This document shows, piece after piece, positions 16,708 through 25,822 of a stretch of 52,474 bases of DNA (positions are counted from its first letter, which is position 1; the number at the start of each line of letters is the position of its first letter). The notes beneath the pieces are model-generated. The model searched no databases. It saw only the letters and a list, made by a program, of their open reading frames with translations, and was not told the DNA's origin. The stretch is from Candidatus Limnocylindria bacterium (GTDB lineage Bacteria > Chloroflexota > Limnocylindria > QHBO01): NCBI GenBank assembly GCA_041499395.1, contig JBGQKH010000003.1, positions 1-52,474 on the forward strand, written 5' to 3'. The position numbers were made by a program, and so were the translations under genes.

Positions 16708-18863
16708 GGGGCCAGCAGCGGCTCCAGGTCCCACGGCCACGGCCTGCTCGACAGCAGCCGTTGCGCCGCCTTTATGAGGCCGTCGCCGGGATACGCGCGG
16801 AACGAACCGATGTCGTAGGAGATGATGGGGATCTCGGGCGCCTCCTTGGTGAGCACCCAGCCACGGATGAGGTTCCCCATCTGAACCGCCGTGGAGCTGT
16901 CCTCGCCCCAGTGGGCCAGCAGCAGCATCGCAACGTCCCATGTGAGGGGGTCTGCCGGCTGCTCCACATAGGCAGCCTCCATGGCCGATCGAGCCGCGTC
17001 CCGGTTTCCCTCCATCCCAAAGGCGAGCGCTCGAATGCTGGCCAGGGCATAAGACCCGGGCTGCACGTTCTCGCCGCCCTTTCTGCGGGCGACCAGCTGC
17101 GCCAGTTCCCCGTTGAACGTGCCGCTCGCTACTCCCGGCTCGTTGATCGGAGCGACCGGCCGCGGCCACGGGACGAGCATGCCGGTCTGCCAATCGGCGA
17201 GCAGCGCCGCTCCATACAGCGCATCGGCCTGCGTCGGCCGTCCAAGTGCCTCGAAGACCAGAGCCGCGTTGACGAGCGCCACGGCGCTCCGCCCCGAGGT
17301 GTCGAGCGCATGCCGCGCAGCCTCGGCAGCGCAGGCCCGGTCGCCATCCTGCAGGCAGATGAGCGACAGGTTCGTCCACGATGCCCAGTCGCCGCGATTC
17401 AGCGCGACGGCCCGCTCTGTGCTGCTCCGCGCGAGGTCGGTCTCGCCCTCGTGGTCTGCCGCCAGCGAGAGGGCCTTCGGGCCGGCGGGGTGGCCAGGGT
17501 TCAGCTGGACCGAGATGCTGAAGTCACTGAGCCCATCCGCCCACGCGCCGGCAGCCACCGCATCGGTCCCCGCGCGGTACGAGATCGCGGACGCGTCGGC
17601 CAGGATTACCACCACCACCATCCCAGCGGCGGCGACTGCCAACCCGCTGGCACCCCAGCCGCGCCCTCGCCGCTGGACGGGGCGCCACTCCACCGCCCCG
17701 GCGTCGCGAAGTGCGACGGCGGCGAGCAGGATGAGCAGCAGGTTGACGTTCGGCAGGAAGGTCAGGTCGTCCGTGAGAAACCCAGCTGCCACACCGACCA
17801 GGACGGCATAGGCGGCTCGCCCGGGAAGGGGATGCTCCCGACGTGGCCGAGCGATCCATGCGAATCGCAGGAACAGGACAAGCGCGACGACCAGCCCCGC
17901 GAGCCCGGCGTCGCCAAGGATGCCCAGCGGCACGTCGTGGGAGTGTGGCTGGACGAGCGGGGCGATCGCCTGTCGTGCGTAGGCCATCGCGCCCGGACCG
18001 ATGCCGAGCATCGGGTGGGCGCTCCAGACGTGAAGTGTCACATCCCACAGCGTGCCTCGATAGGCCAGCGAGGTGGTCTGCGTCAGCCTCGGCGCGACAT
18101 ACGCGACGGCGGCGGCGCCCAGCACCAGAAGCGCGACTCCGGTCACGATGCGACCGGGTGAGGGGCGCATTGCGGCGCGCAGCTCCCGGATTGAGAGGGT
18201 GGCCATCACGAGGGCAGCGACAGCAAACGCGATCCATGCCGAACGGGACCCGCTGACGAGGGTGAGCGGCACGCAGAGCGCCAAGAGCGGCCAGAGGAGC
18301 CACCTCCGCAGCTCGGGCCTGGTCACGACCAGGGCCAGCGGCAAGGTGGCCAGCAGCACGAAGGGGGGGACCGTCACGAGGCCGAACTGCGTCACCTCGT
18401 TCGGCAGGCGAACCGGCGGCAGGCCAAGGCCCCCGGCCAGCACCCAGTCGATGCGGCGCCAGGCAAGGCTCCAGAGGCTGATCGCGGCAAGGCCGATGAC
18501 TGGGACGACGACGACCAGCGCCGTCAGGTTCGGCCGATGGCGAAGCGCCACCAGCGCCACGGGCAGCATCAGGGAGGTGACCACGATGCCGGCGAAGGCG
18601 GGAGCGGAGAGCCCGATGTTCCAGGCCGAGATGGTCGCGATCCCCTCGGTGACGAGGAGTGCAAGGAGTGGAAGGTCGATGGGCGTTCGCGGCATCGCTT
18701 CGCCGCGCAGCGCCATCCAGGCCAGCACGCCAATCGCCGCCGCGGCCGCGAGGTGGAGGACGGCCTGGAGACGCGGGTCCCAGAGGGCGTTGTCCCAGCC
18801 GACCTTCGTGGCAATGACGACAACGACGCCAAGCGCGACGATCCACGCCAGTCGCCGGATCAC
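16704..18863 (-). CDS. O-antigen ligase (WaaL/Wzy_C)-family membrane protein with C-terminal TPR-like region
   Basis: Many TMs, SGSRSAWIA, R..LW.......HPMLGIGPG, HSHD..L..L.D.GL.G, then Ala-rich TPR-like helices (AVALNRGDWASWTNL). GTG overlaps the upstream stop. Confidence 0.8.
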   Translation of the reverse strand: MIRRLAWIVALGVVVVIATKVGWDNALWDPRLQAVLHLAAAAAIGVLAWMALRGEAMPRTPIDLPLLALLVTEGIATISAWNIGLSAPAFAGIVVTSLMLPVALVALRHRPNLTALVVVVPVIGLAAISLWSLAWRRIDWVLAGGLGLPPVRLPNEVTQFGLVTVPPFVLLATLPLALVVTRPELRRWLLWPLLALCVPLTLVSGSRSAWIAFAVAALVMATLSIRELRAAMRPSPGRIVTGVALLVLGAAAVAYVAPRLTQTTSLAYRGTLWDVTLHVWSAHPMLGIGPGAMAYARQAIAPLVQPHSHDVPLGILGDAGLAGLVVALVLFLRFAWIARPRREHPLPGRAAYAVLVGVAAGFLTDDLTFLPNVNLLLILLAAVALRDAGAVEWRPVQRRGRGWGASGLAVAAAGMVVVVILADASAISYRAGTDAVAAGAWADGLSDFSISVQLNPGHPAGPKALSLAADHEGETDLARSSTERAVALNRGDWASWTNLSLICLQDGDRACAAEAARHALDTSGRSAVALVNAALVFEALGRPTQADALYGAALLADWQTGMLVPWPRPVAPINEPGVASGTFNGELAQLVARRKGGENVQPGSYALASIRALAFGMEGNRDAARSAMEAAYVEQPADPLTWDVAMLLLAHWGEDSSTAVQMGNLIRGWVLTKEAPEIPIISYDIGSFRAYPGDGLIKAAQRLLSSRPWPWDLEPLLAP

Positions 18864-19510
18864 GACGAGGAGGCCCCGATCAGGGCGAGTGCGTGCTGGA
18901 TCTTCGTCATCGGGTCCGCCTGGAGCCCATGGATCCGCTCCAGCGCCTGCCACAGGTGGTCCGCCTCGCGCGCGCCGGGCGCCGTGGACGGGTCGAGCTC
19001 GAGCTCCACGATGTGCAGCAGGCCGACCGTGACGTCGCCCGTCACGACCCGCACCCGGTCAAGCGAGAGGATTCCCGCCCGGCGTCCCCGCATCAGGACC
19101 GCGCGCTCGGTCCGGGTCTGGGCGAGCGTGAACTGCTCGACCAGCGGCTCGCCGCCCGACATCGCGTCGAGCAGGTCGCGAGCCTCCGAGCGCGGCCACG
19201 CCGAGGGCGTTACCTCCACGGTCGCCGGACCGTTCACCTCCGGTCGACGGTGCAGCACGGCGCCCTCGGCATGCTGCGCGGGACCCTTCAGCGAGACCGT
19301 CGTCGATCCCTCCCGGGTGCGGAGGCGGCACGCCCAGCCCTGATCGGCGAGGCGACCTTCGACCGTGTCCAGGTAGCGATCCAGCTCGTCCACAGTTCGC
19401 GGCGCTCCCAGTCGCGCGCCTCCGAGCGTCTCCCGCGTCGCGAGCCCTGCCAACGGCGCCTCGTCATCGGCGATCAGCTTGAGCTCCGATTCGATGGCGG
19501 GCGCGCTCAT
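18860..19510 (-). CDS. CYTH-domain protein (triphosphate tunnel metalloenzyme)
   Basis: N-terminal ESELK (ExExK), DRYLDT, CRLR, SLKG, RPEV, LDRV, VELEL, C-terminal TK. ATGA overlap with the WYL gene. Confidence 0.85.
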   Translation of the reverse strand: MSAPAIESELKLIADDEAPLAGLATRETLGGARLGAPRTVDELDRYLDTVEGRLADQGWACRLRTREGSTTVSLKGPAQHAEGAVLHRRPEVNGPATVEVTPSAWPRSEARDLLDAMSGGEPLVEQFTLAQTRTERAVLMRGRRAGILSLDRVRVVTGDVTVGLLHIVELELDPSTAPGAREADHLWQALERIHGLQADPMTKIQHALALIGASSS

Positions 19511-20520
19511 GCCCCGTAGCGGGCCGACGCGTCCCGCACCGCCTGCGCGACCGACGCGCGCAGCTCTGGCGGCGCGAGCACCTCGACCCCATCGCCCCAT
19601 GAGAGGATCCACGGCCGGATCTCGACGATGCCGGCGACGGTCACGGTCAGCTCGACGCCGCCATCGGGAAGCTCGACGAGCTTCTGGGAGCGATGCCAGA
19701 CCGCCTCGCGGACGCGCTGCGCGGTGGAGGGGCCAAATCGCAGCCGCACCTCAGCCGTGGCGGTGGTGTCGGACGACCAGATTCCCCACGAATTGGCGAG
19801 CCACCGGTCAGGATCGAAGTCCGCCGGGATCACGTACCGATCGGCGGTGAGCGTCGAGCTGCGGATCCGCTCCACCTTGTAGGTGCGCATCGCGACGACC
19901 GTCTCGTCGAAGCCGATCAGGTAGACGCTGCGCCCCGCCGCGTCGGGCTCCAGGAAGTACGGCTGGACGCGGGCGTGCCGTCGATCGCCCTCGGCCGGCT
20001 CGTAGTCGAACTCGACCACGCGTCCTTCGGCCCAGGCCTGCGCCACGTGCGCGAAGTTGCGCACGAACTGGTCGTTCGGCTCGGCCGCTCCCACGGTCAG
20101 CATCGCCGCCGCCACGTGCCGCGCGATCGGCTGCGGGAGCAGGTCTGCCAGCTTGGTGAAGGCGCTGACGACGGCCTGGTCGTACGCGTCCGACCAGCGC
20201 GCGATGAGGCGCGAGGCCAGGAAGAAGACGACCGCCTCCGGGACGGAGAGGTGGAGGGGCGGCAGGAAGTACTTCTTCTCGATGCCGTAGCGACCCTTGC
20301 CGGCCTGAAAGATCGGCATCGCCAGCTCCTCTTCCAGCGCCCGGATGTCGCGGTATACCGTGCGCGTGGTCATCCCGGTCAGGCGGGCGATCTCGGTGAC
20401 CGGGACCCCCGCATCTCCACTGCCGCTGGCGTAAAGGATCGAGGCGACCTTCAGGAGGCGCGCCAGCCGGTCGCGCTTGCGCGAGAGACGATCGTCGGGG
20501 CTGCCATCCCAGTCGCTCAC
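19507..20520 (-). CDS. HTH-WYL-WCX transcriptional regulator (YafY/PafC-like)
   Basis: HTH TTRTVYRDIRALE, LPPLHLS, WYL core VQPY...VYLIG...MRTYKVERI, WCX WILSWGDGVEVLAPPELR. Confidence 0.92.
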   Translation of the reverse strand: MSDWDGSPDDRLSRKRDRLARLLKVASILYASGSGDAGVPVTEIARLTGMTTRTVYRDIRALEEELAMPIFQAGKGRYGIEKKYFLPPLHLSVPEAVVFFLASRLIARWSDAYDQAVVSAFTKLADLLPQPIARHVAAAMLTVGAAEPNDQFVRNFAHVAQAWAEGRVVEFDYEPAEGDRRHARVQPYFLEPDAAGRSVYLIGFDETVVAMRTYKVERIRSSTLTADRYVIPADFDPDRWLANSWGIWSSDTTATAEVRLRFGPSTAQRVREAVWHRSQKLVELPDGGVELTVTVAGIVEIRPWILSWGDGVEVLAPPELRASVAQAVRDASARYGA

Positions 20521-20583
20521 GGCCGCGTCGATCCCCGGTTCACCACGCGATCGATGATAGACCGCGCGCATGCGCGCCCCGGC

Positions 20584-21303
20584 TCAGGAGGGCGAGGCCG
20601 TGGCGCTTGCCCCGGGCGTGCCGCTCACCGATGGGCGCGGCGTCGGGGTGGGCGCGGGCGCGCCCGGGAGGGCCGCCAGCATCGCGAGGTTCTGCTCTTC
20701 GTCGGCGCCGATCATCAGGAAGACGAGCCCATCGACGGCCCAGGTGTAGACCCGCGTCCCCTTCAGCGTCGCCATGTCCTCCGGCCGCCACCAGACGAGG
20801 CGGTTGCCCGCAACCCCGAGCGTCCACGGCTCACGATGCAGGCCGGCGATCCCGACGTACTCTCCGGCCGCGGCCAGGTGCGGTTCGAGGTCGGCGCTGG
20901 TGGCGAAGGGCGGCTGCATCCGCATCGCGTAGAGCGAGAGGCGCGGCTGGGAGATGTAGGCCACCTGGAGCGAGATGAATCGGAGGCCGATCTCCCCGTA
21001 GGCCTCCCCGATATCGCCGGGCGTGTACGCGAAGTCGGTGATCGGCGGCACCTGGACCGCCTTTCCGGCCAGCTCCCTCGGAATCAGCGCGGCCAGCGCC
21101 GGATCGGGCGAGTTGCTGTAGAGGGGCGTCGGGAGCGGGGTCGGCTTCGGCGTTGGGCTGGGGCTTGCCGCGGCGCCCAGTGAGGGGCTCGGGGACGGCG
21201 CGGCGCACGCGCCGAGCGTGACGGCAACAGCCAGGGGCAGGATCGTGGCCCGAATCCGGACGCTGAGCGCCCGGCGCGCAGCGTCGGCTCGGGAGATCGG
21301 CAT
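20584..21303 (-). CDS. Putative lipoprotein with Pro/Ser/Thr-rich linkers
   Basis: Lipobox-like LGAC after a hydrophobic stretch, with PSPSPS/PTPKPTP linkers at both ends. Start uncertain (21303 or 21315). Confidence 0.65.
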   Translation of the reverse strand: MPISRADAARRALSVRIRATILPLAVAVTLGACAAPSPSPSLGAAASPSPTPKPTPLPTPLYSNSPDPALAALIPRELAGKAVQVPPITDFAYTPGDIGEAYGEIGLRFISLQVAYISQPRLSLYAMRMQPPFATSADLEPHLAAAGEYVGIAGLHREPWTLGVAGNRLVWWRPEDMATLKGTRVYTWAVDGLVFLMIGADEEQNLAMLAALPGAPAPTPTPRPSVSGTPGASATASPS

Positions 21304-21342
21304 GGGAGGCGCCATGATAGCGTCCCCAAGCTCAGCGAGGCC

Positions 21343-24300
21343 TCAGGCCGCTCCCCGCTCGCCCGCCGCCTGATCGACCCGGCGGCGTCGGTGACCGCGG
21401 TCCTGACGCGCGGCCACGACGGTGGCGAGCGCCTCGACCACGTCGCCCCGGAACCGCTTCCCGACCTGGGCGCGAAGGTCCGCGAGCGCCGCGGCCCGGC
21501 CGCGCCGCTTGCCGGCGGGAGTCGCCATCAGCGTGTCGTACAGGTCGGCGACCGAGACGATTTGGGACCCGATGCCGCCTTCGCTCGCCCCGAGCGCGGC
21601 CCGGTGCTGGCGGACGATGAGGGCCGCGGGGCGGAGCGACTGGATCGGCTCGAACTCGCTCGCCCCGAGGATGTCGAGGCCATGCAGGCGCGCCGCAAGC
21701 TCGATCTCGGCGATCTGCTGGGTCGGGCAGCGAAGGTCGCCGGCGATGCGGACGGCAAGGTTGCCGACGCGATCGGCATGGCCATGAACGGCGGGATCAC
21801 GCGCGTCGATCGAGCGTGCCAGCGACAGGAGCGACTCGATCACCGCCGACTCGCTGTCCCTCCCGACGCTGCCGGAGATGAGCCCGGTGCGGGCGGTGAG
21901 CGTCCCGACCGGATCATCGATCGGGTGCAGGAGGGCCGCCCGGGCCAGCTGGTCAAGCGTCCCGCGCAGGTCGCGCATCTCGCTCGGGACCTCGCTGGCC
22001 GGGACGACGCGGTCTCCGCCGGACTGCTTCCCGTAGTAGAGGGCGGTATCGGCCGCGCCGATCAGCCCGTTCTTGTCGGACGCGTCGCCCGGCACGGTGG
22101 CGACGCCGACCGAGATCGTCACCGGGTTGGCGTCGTTGGCGGTGAGGCGCGCGACGGCCATCCGAACCCGATTGCCGATCGAGGCGGCCGCGCGCGCGTC
22201 TACCGCCGGCAGCACCAGGGCGAACTCGTCGCCGCCGTACCGGAAGACCCGGTCGTCGGACCGCGCTGCGCCATAGATGGCCGTGCCCACGGCGTGGAGC
22301 AGCGCGTCTCCGGCCGGATGGCCGAGACGATCGTTGTACCCCTTGAACGAATCGAGGTCCATCATCAGGAGCGAGATCGGCTGCTCCTTCGCCTTCGATC
22401 GCTTTCCCTTCCCCTTCGGGGCCGCCGCGGTCAGCTCGTCGACCAGCTCCCCGAGGGTGCGCTGGAAGGCGCCGTGGTTGCCCAGGCCGGTCAGGGCGTC
22501 GGTGTCGGCCCGCTGGCTCACGGCGTGGTGTGTGTCCGCATTGCGGAGCGCGATCGATGCCTGGCCGGCGAACAGCTTGATCAGCTCGAAGTCGTTCTCG
22601 CTGAAGTAGTTGCCGGCGCCCCCGACCCGCGAGATGTTCATGCAGCCGATCACCTCGCCGCCGCTGACGAGCGGCACCACCGCCAGTGCCTCGGGATCGG
22701 CCGGGGTGTCGGGGATCTGCATCGCGCGCGGGTCGTTCAGGGCGTCATTGGCGAGCACCGGCTCCGCGTGGTCGGTGGCCCAGCCCATCAGCCCGTGCCC
22801 GAACGGGACGATGTAGCGCATCACCTGCTCGGCGTGGCGCTCGCGGGTCAGCACCGGGACCAGGATCCGGTTCTCCGGGTCGGCCCGATAGATCGACAGG
22901 TTGTCGTAGTGGACCACTGCGCGCAGGCCGTCGGCGATCGTCTCCAGCACGTGCTGCTGGTCGAGGGTCGAGAGGAGCCGCTCGTTGATCTCGAGGAGGC
23001 GCCGCTGTGACTGGAGCTGCCGCGCGAGCTCGGTCGACTGGAGCTCGAGGCGCTCGTACGCCGAGGCATTGGCGATCGCCTGCGCGGCGTACCCGGCGAA
23101 GATGGTCATCGTCTGGAGGTCGTCGGTGCTGAACTGGTCCTTGCCCAGCTTGGAGAGGGCGACCACGCCGACCGAGCGGCCCTCGAACACCATCGGGACC
23201 ACCAGCATCGACTCGTCGATGTCGTCGGTCCCCTCGATCGTGTGCCCGCGCAGGTCTGTCAGGGCGTCGTTGATCAGCAGCGGCTCACCGTGCTCGGCGA
23301 CCCAGCCGGTGAACGATCCCTCACCGACGGCAACACGGAGCCGCTCATGGAAGTCGCCCTCTCCGAGCAGCCGATCGGTGTAGGCAACCGGCTCGCAGAA
23401 GCCGGTCTCCCAGTTCACGACATAGACGCGAATGTCGTGATAGGCGGCCAGCGAGCTCGCCTCGGAGACGATGGCGTCCGCGATCGCCTGCACATCGGTC
23501 AGGCGGTTGAGGCGGGAGGAGAGGTCCTGGATCGAGCGAATGCGGGCCGCCTGGTCGGCGACCGATCGGTAGAGGCGGGCGTTGCTGATCGCAACGGCGG
23601 CCTGGTTGGCGAACGACTGCGCCAGCGCCACCTCGTCGTCCGGCCACTCGCGGTCGCGGGTGTGGTAGAGGCCGATGACGCCGAGCGCCTGGTCATGGCT
23701 GACGAGCGGCACCAGGCAGGCCGTCTTGATCCCCTCGTCGCGATAGACGTGCTGCATGGCGCCGACTCCAGCGCGCGTGTCGGCGTTGCGGACCACGATC
23801 GTGCGACGCTCGCGCGAGGCTTGGACACCGACCGCCGACGAATCCCAGGTGAGCACGCGGGTCTGCGTCTGGAACGCTTCGCCGATCCCCCGCATAGCGG
23901 CGACGTGGAATGGGTTGGGGCCCTCTTCGATCAGCCAGAGGCCGGCCTTGTCGGCGTCGAAGAGGGTGCGCGTGCGGTCGACGATGTCGTCAAGCACGGT
24001 CCGCAGGTCGAGCTGGCCGGCGAGCTCCTGCGCCACGTGCCGGAGAGCGCGAGAGCGCGCCACCTCGCGCTTGGCGCGGGCCAAGGTGCGAGCCGTGACG
24101 ACATTGGCCGCAACCGCCTGTGCGACCGTGCGCAGGAAGGCGAGCGCGATGCTGGAGAGCGGACCACCCGGATCGTCCTCGAGGACGAGGGCGCCCACGA
24201 TCTCGCCGCCGGCACGCAGCACGACCTGCCGGCGCAGGGGACCGACCGTCACGTCGGCGACCGAGCTGGGCTCGGATCCAAGATCGCCGTCACCGACCGC

Positions 24301-24747
24301 GCGCATCGTGTCGGGAGGAGAGGTCTGGTACCCGGCATGCGTCTCGAGGTGCAGGAGGCCATCCGACGTCTCTCGCGCCAGGTAGGCGGCCACCCGGGCG
24401 ACGCGAAGGTGGGATCGGAGCGCCTCGACGGCGGTGCGGCAGGCGGCGGTCGCGTTGGCCGATGCGCCTGGCCCGGAGCTCAGGCGACCGAGGACGGCCA
24501 GCTCGCCCGCGATGTGGCGCTCGGCGTGTGGGGCGGCCGCGTCGCCAGTACCTTCCGCGAGGAGGCGCTGGACATCGCCCTGCCGGTAACGGCGATCGCC
24601 GCGCGCGTTGATGCGGAAGGCCGGCAGGCGGCCGGCATCGGTCCACGCGCGAATCGTGTTGGGGTGGACGCCGAGGAGCGCGGCGGCCTGGGCAACGCTC
24701 ACCAGCGTTCCCCGGTCGCCCTCACGGTCGCGAGCTGCCTGCGCCAC
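21343..24747 (-). CDS. BldC/excisionase-like HTH + about 4 GAF + GGDEF diguanylate cyclase + degenerate HD-GYP-like domain
   Basis: LVSVAQAAALLGVHPNTIRAW...GDRRY, repeated GAF motifs (LVPLV, VVPMV, VVPLV), DALTGLGN, DLDSFK..ND..GH..GD, RSDD I-site, RYGGDEF, ADTALY, then DARDP...GHADRV. Start uncertain (GTG 24747 chosen; track 24873). Confidence 0.88.
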   Translation of the reverse strand: MAQAARDREGDRGTLVSVAQAAALLGVHPNTIRAWTDAGRLPAFRINARGDRRYRQGDVQRLLAEGTGDAAAPHAERHIAGELAVLGRLSSGPGASANATAACRTAVEALRSHLRVARVAAYLARETSDGLLHLETHAGYQTSPPDTMRAVGDGDLGSEPSSVADVTVGPLRRQVVLRAGGEIVGALVLEDDPGGPLSSIALAFLRTVAQAVAANVVTARTLARAKREVARSRALRHVAQELAGQLDLRTVLDDIVDRTRTLFDADKAGLWLIEEGPNPFHVAAMRGIGEAFQTQTRVLTWDSSAVGVQASRERRTIVVRNADTRAGVGAMQHVYRDEGIKTACLVPLVSHDQALGVIGLYHTRDREWPDDEVALAQSFANQAAVAISNARLYRSVADQAARIRSIQDLSSRLNRLTDVQAIADAIVSEASSLAAYHDIRVYVVNWETGFCEPVAYTDRLLGEGDFHERLRVAVGEGSFTGWVAEHGEPLLINDALTDLRGHTIEGTDDIDESMLVVPMVFEGRSVGVVALSKLGKDQFSTDDLQTMTIFAGYAAQAIANASAYERLELQSTELARQLQSQRRLLEINERLLSTLDQQHVLETIADGLRAVVHYDNLSIYRADPENRILVPVLTRERHAEQVMRYIVPFGHGLMGWATDHAEPVLANDALNDPRAMQIPDTPADPEALAVVPLVSGGEVIGCMNISRVGGAGNYFSENDFELIKLFAGQASIALRNADTHHAVSQRADTDALTGLGNHGAFQRTLGELVDELTAAAPKGKGKRSKAKEQPISLLMMDLDSFKGYNDRLGHPAGDALLHAVGTAIYGAARSDDRVFRYGGDEFALVLPAVDARAAASIGNRVRMAVARLTANDANPVTISVGVATVPGDASDKNGLIGAADTALYYGKQSGGDRVVPASEVPSEMRDLRGTLDQLARAALLHPIDDPVGTLTARTGLISGSVGRDSESAVIESLLSLARSIDARDPAVHGHADRVGNLAVRIAGDLRCPTQQIAEIELAARLHGLDILGASEFEPIQSLRPAALIVRQHRAALGASEGGIGSQIVSVADLYDTLMATPAGKRRGRAAALADLRAQVGKRFRGDVVEALATVVAARQDRGHRRRRVDQAAGERGAA

Positions 24748-24900
24748 TCCGAGCTCCAGTCCGGATTGCACGGTCTGCCCCGCCAGTCGATTGGAACTTC
24801 TGGTAGGTGCCGTGCACCGGATGGTAGAAGTGGGTAGCCGACCCCTCGATACCCCGTTCGTACCCTTTCGCACCGGTACCCGACCGCTCCCCGAGCGTGA

Positions 24901-25659
24901 TCAGCCGGTGAGCAGCGCTGCCGTTGTGAGAATTGCCGCCCCCAGCAGGAGCGCCACGGATGCCGCAATGGCGGCGCTGCCGACAAGGAGGAGCCGTGGT
25001 CTGGGGCCGCCGAGCAGGCGCATCGCATCGTCAAGCTCGACGGCGCTCAGGAGATAGCCGCCGCGCGGGGCCACGAGTCGGGCCTTCCCCTCCCCATCGC
25101 GGCGGACCTCGGCCAGCACCAGGAGCCGATCCACGACGCTGATCATCCGCGTTGTGGCGCGCGCGACCCGCGGCGCGCCGTCTTCCGCGGTCACCCGAGA
25201 GAGCGCCGCCGCAAAGGTCGCGTCCAGCTCATCCGGCGGGCCGCTCCAGACGTGCGGAATGGTGACGAGCGGCTCGGCCGCATCCGCCGGGTCGATGCTC
25301 AGGGACCCGTCGTGGTCCCACAGCTCGAAGGAGCGCGTCTCCCGCACGCGTTCGATGCTCCTCCACCCACGTGAGTTGAGGACCTCGACATCGCGATGCA
25401 GGGCCACCAGCCGGTCGTCGTCCGGGGTGATGATCGGATCGGGGCAGCGGACCCGGCCGCTGACCCGCACCGGGCGCGTCGGGAGGGAGTCCATGGGGCC
25501 AAGTCCGACCATGTCCCCCACGCGGACCTCTCTCGCGCCGGCGAGGCGCCGCCCGATTGCGGGCAGAGCTCCCGAGCGTCGGACGAGCGCCAGGCCACCG
25601 CTCATCAGCAGCGCAGCGCCGAGGGCGAGCCAGGCGGGAAGGGCCAGGGATGGTGGCAT
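24901..25659 (-). CDS. Membrane protein with GIDE-like domain between N- and C-terminal TMs
   Basis: VRVSGRV..P.PI.TP...V....VE....W.......FELWD..G...IDP pattern recalled from bacterial GIDE-domain proteins. Family call tentative. Confidence 0.55.
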   Translation of the reverse strand: MPPSLALPAWLALGAALLMSGGLALVRRSGALPAIGRRLAGAREVRVGDMVGLGPMDSLPTRPVRVSGRVRCPDPIITPDDDRLVALHRDVEVLNSRGWRSIERVRETRSFELWDHDGSLSIDPADAAEPLVTIPHVWSGPPDELDATFAAALSRVTAEDGAPRVARATTRMISVVDRLLVLAEVRRDGEGKARLVAPRGGYLLSAVELDDAMRLLGGPRPRLLLVGSAAIAASVALLLGAAILTTAALLTG

Positions 25660-25822
25660 CGGGCGCCGATTATCGCCCGATAAGCCGCCGATAAGCGGCC
25701 CCGGCTAGGCTCGGGACCACCGATCGGCGAGCACCCGCCAGCCGTCGGACCAGGGAGGGCCAGTCGCCACCACCGGAGCTTCGTCATCTGCACCCACTGC
25801 CCTGCTCACGTGTGGAGGTCCC

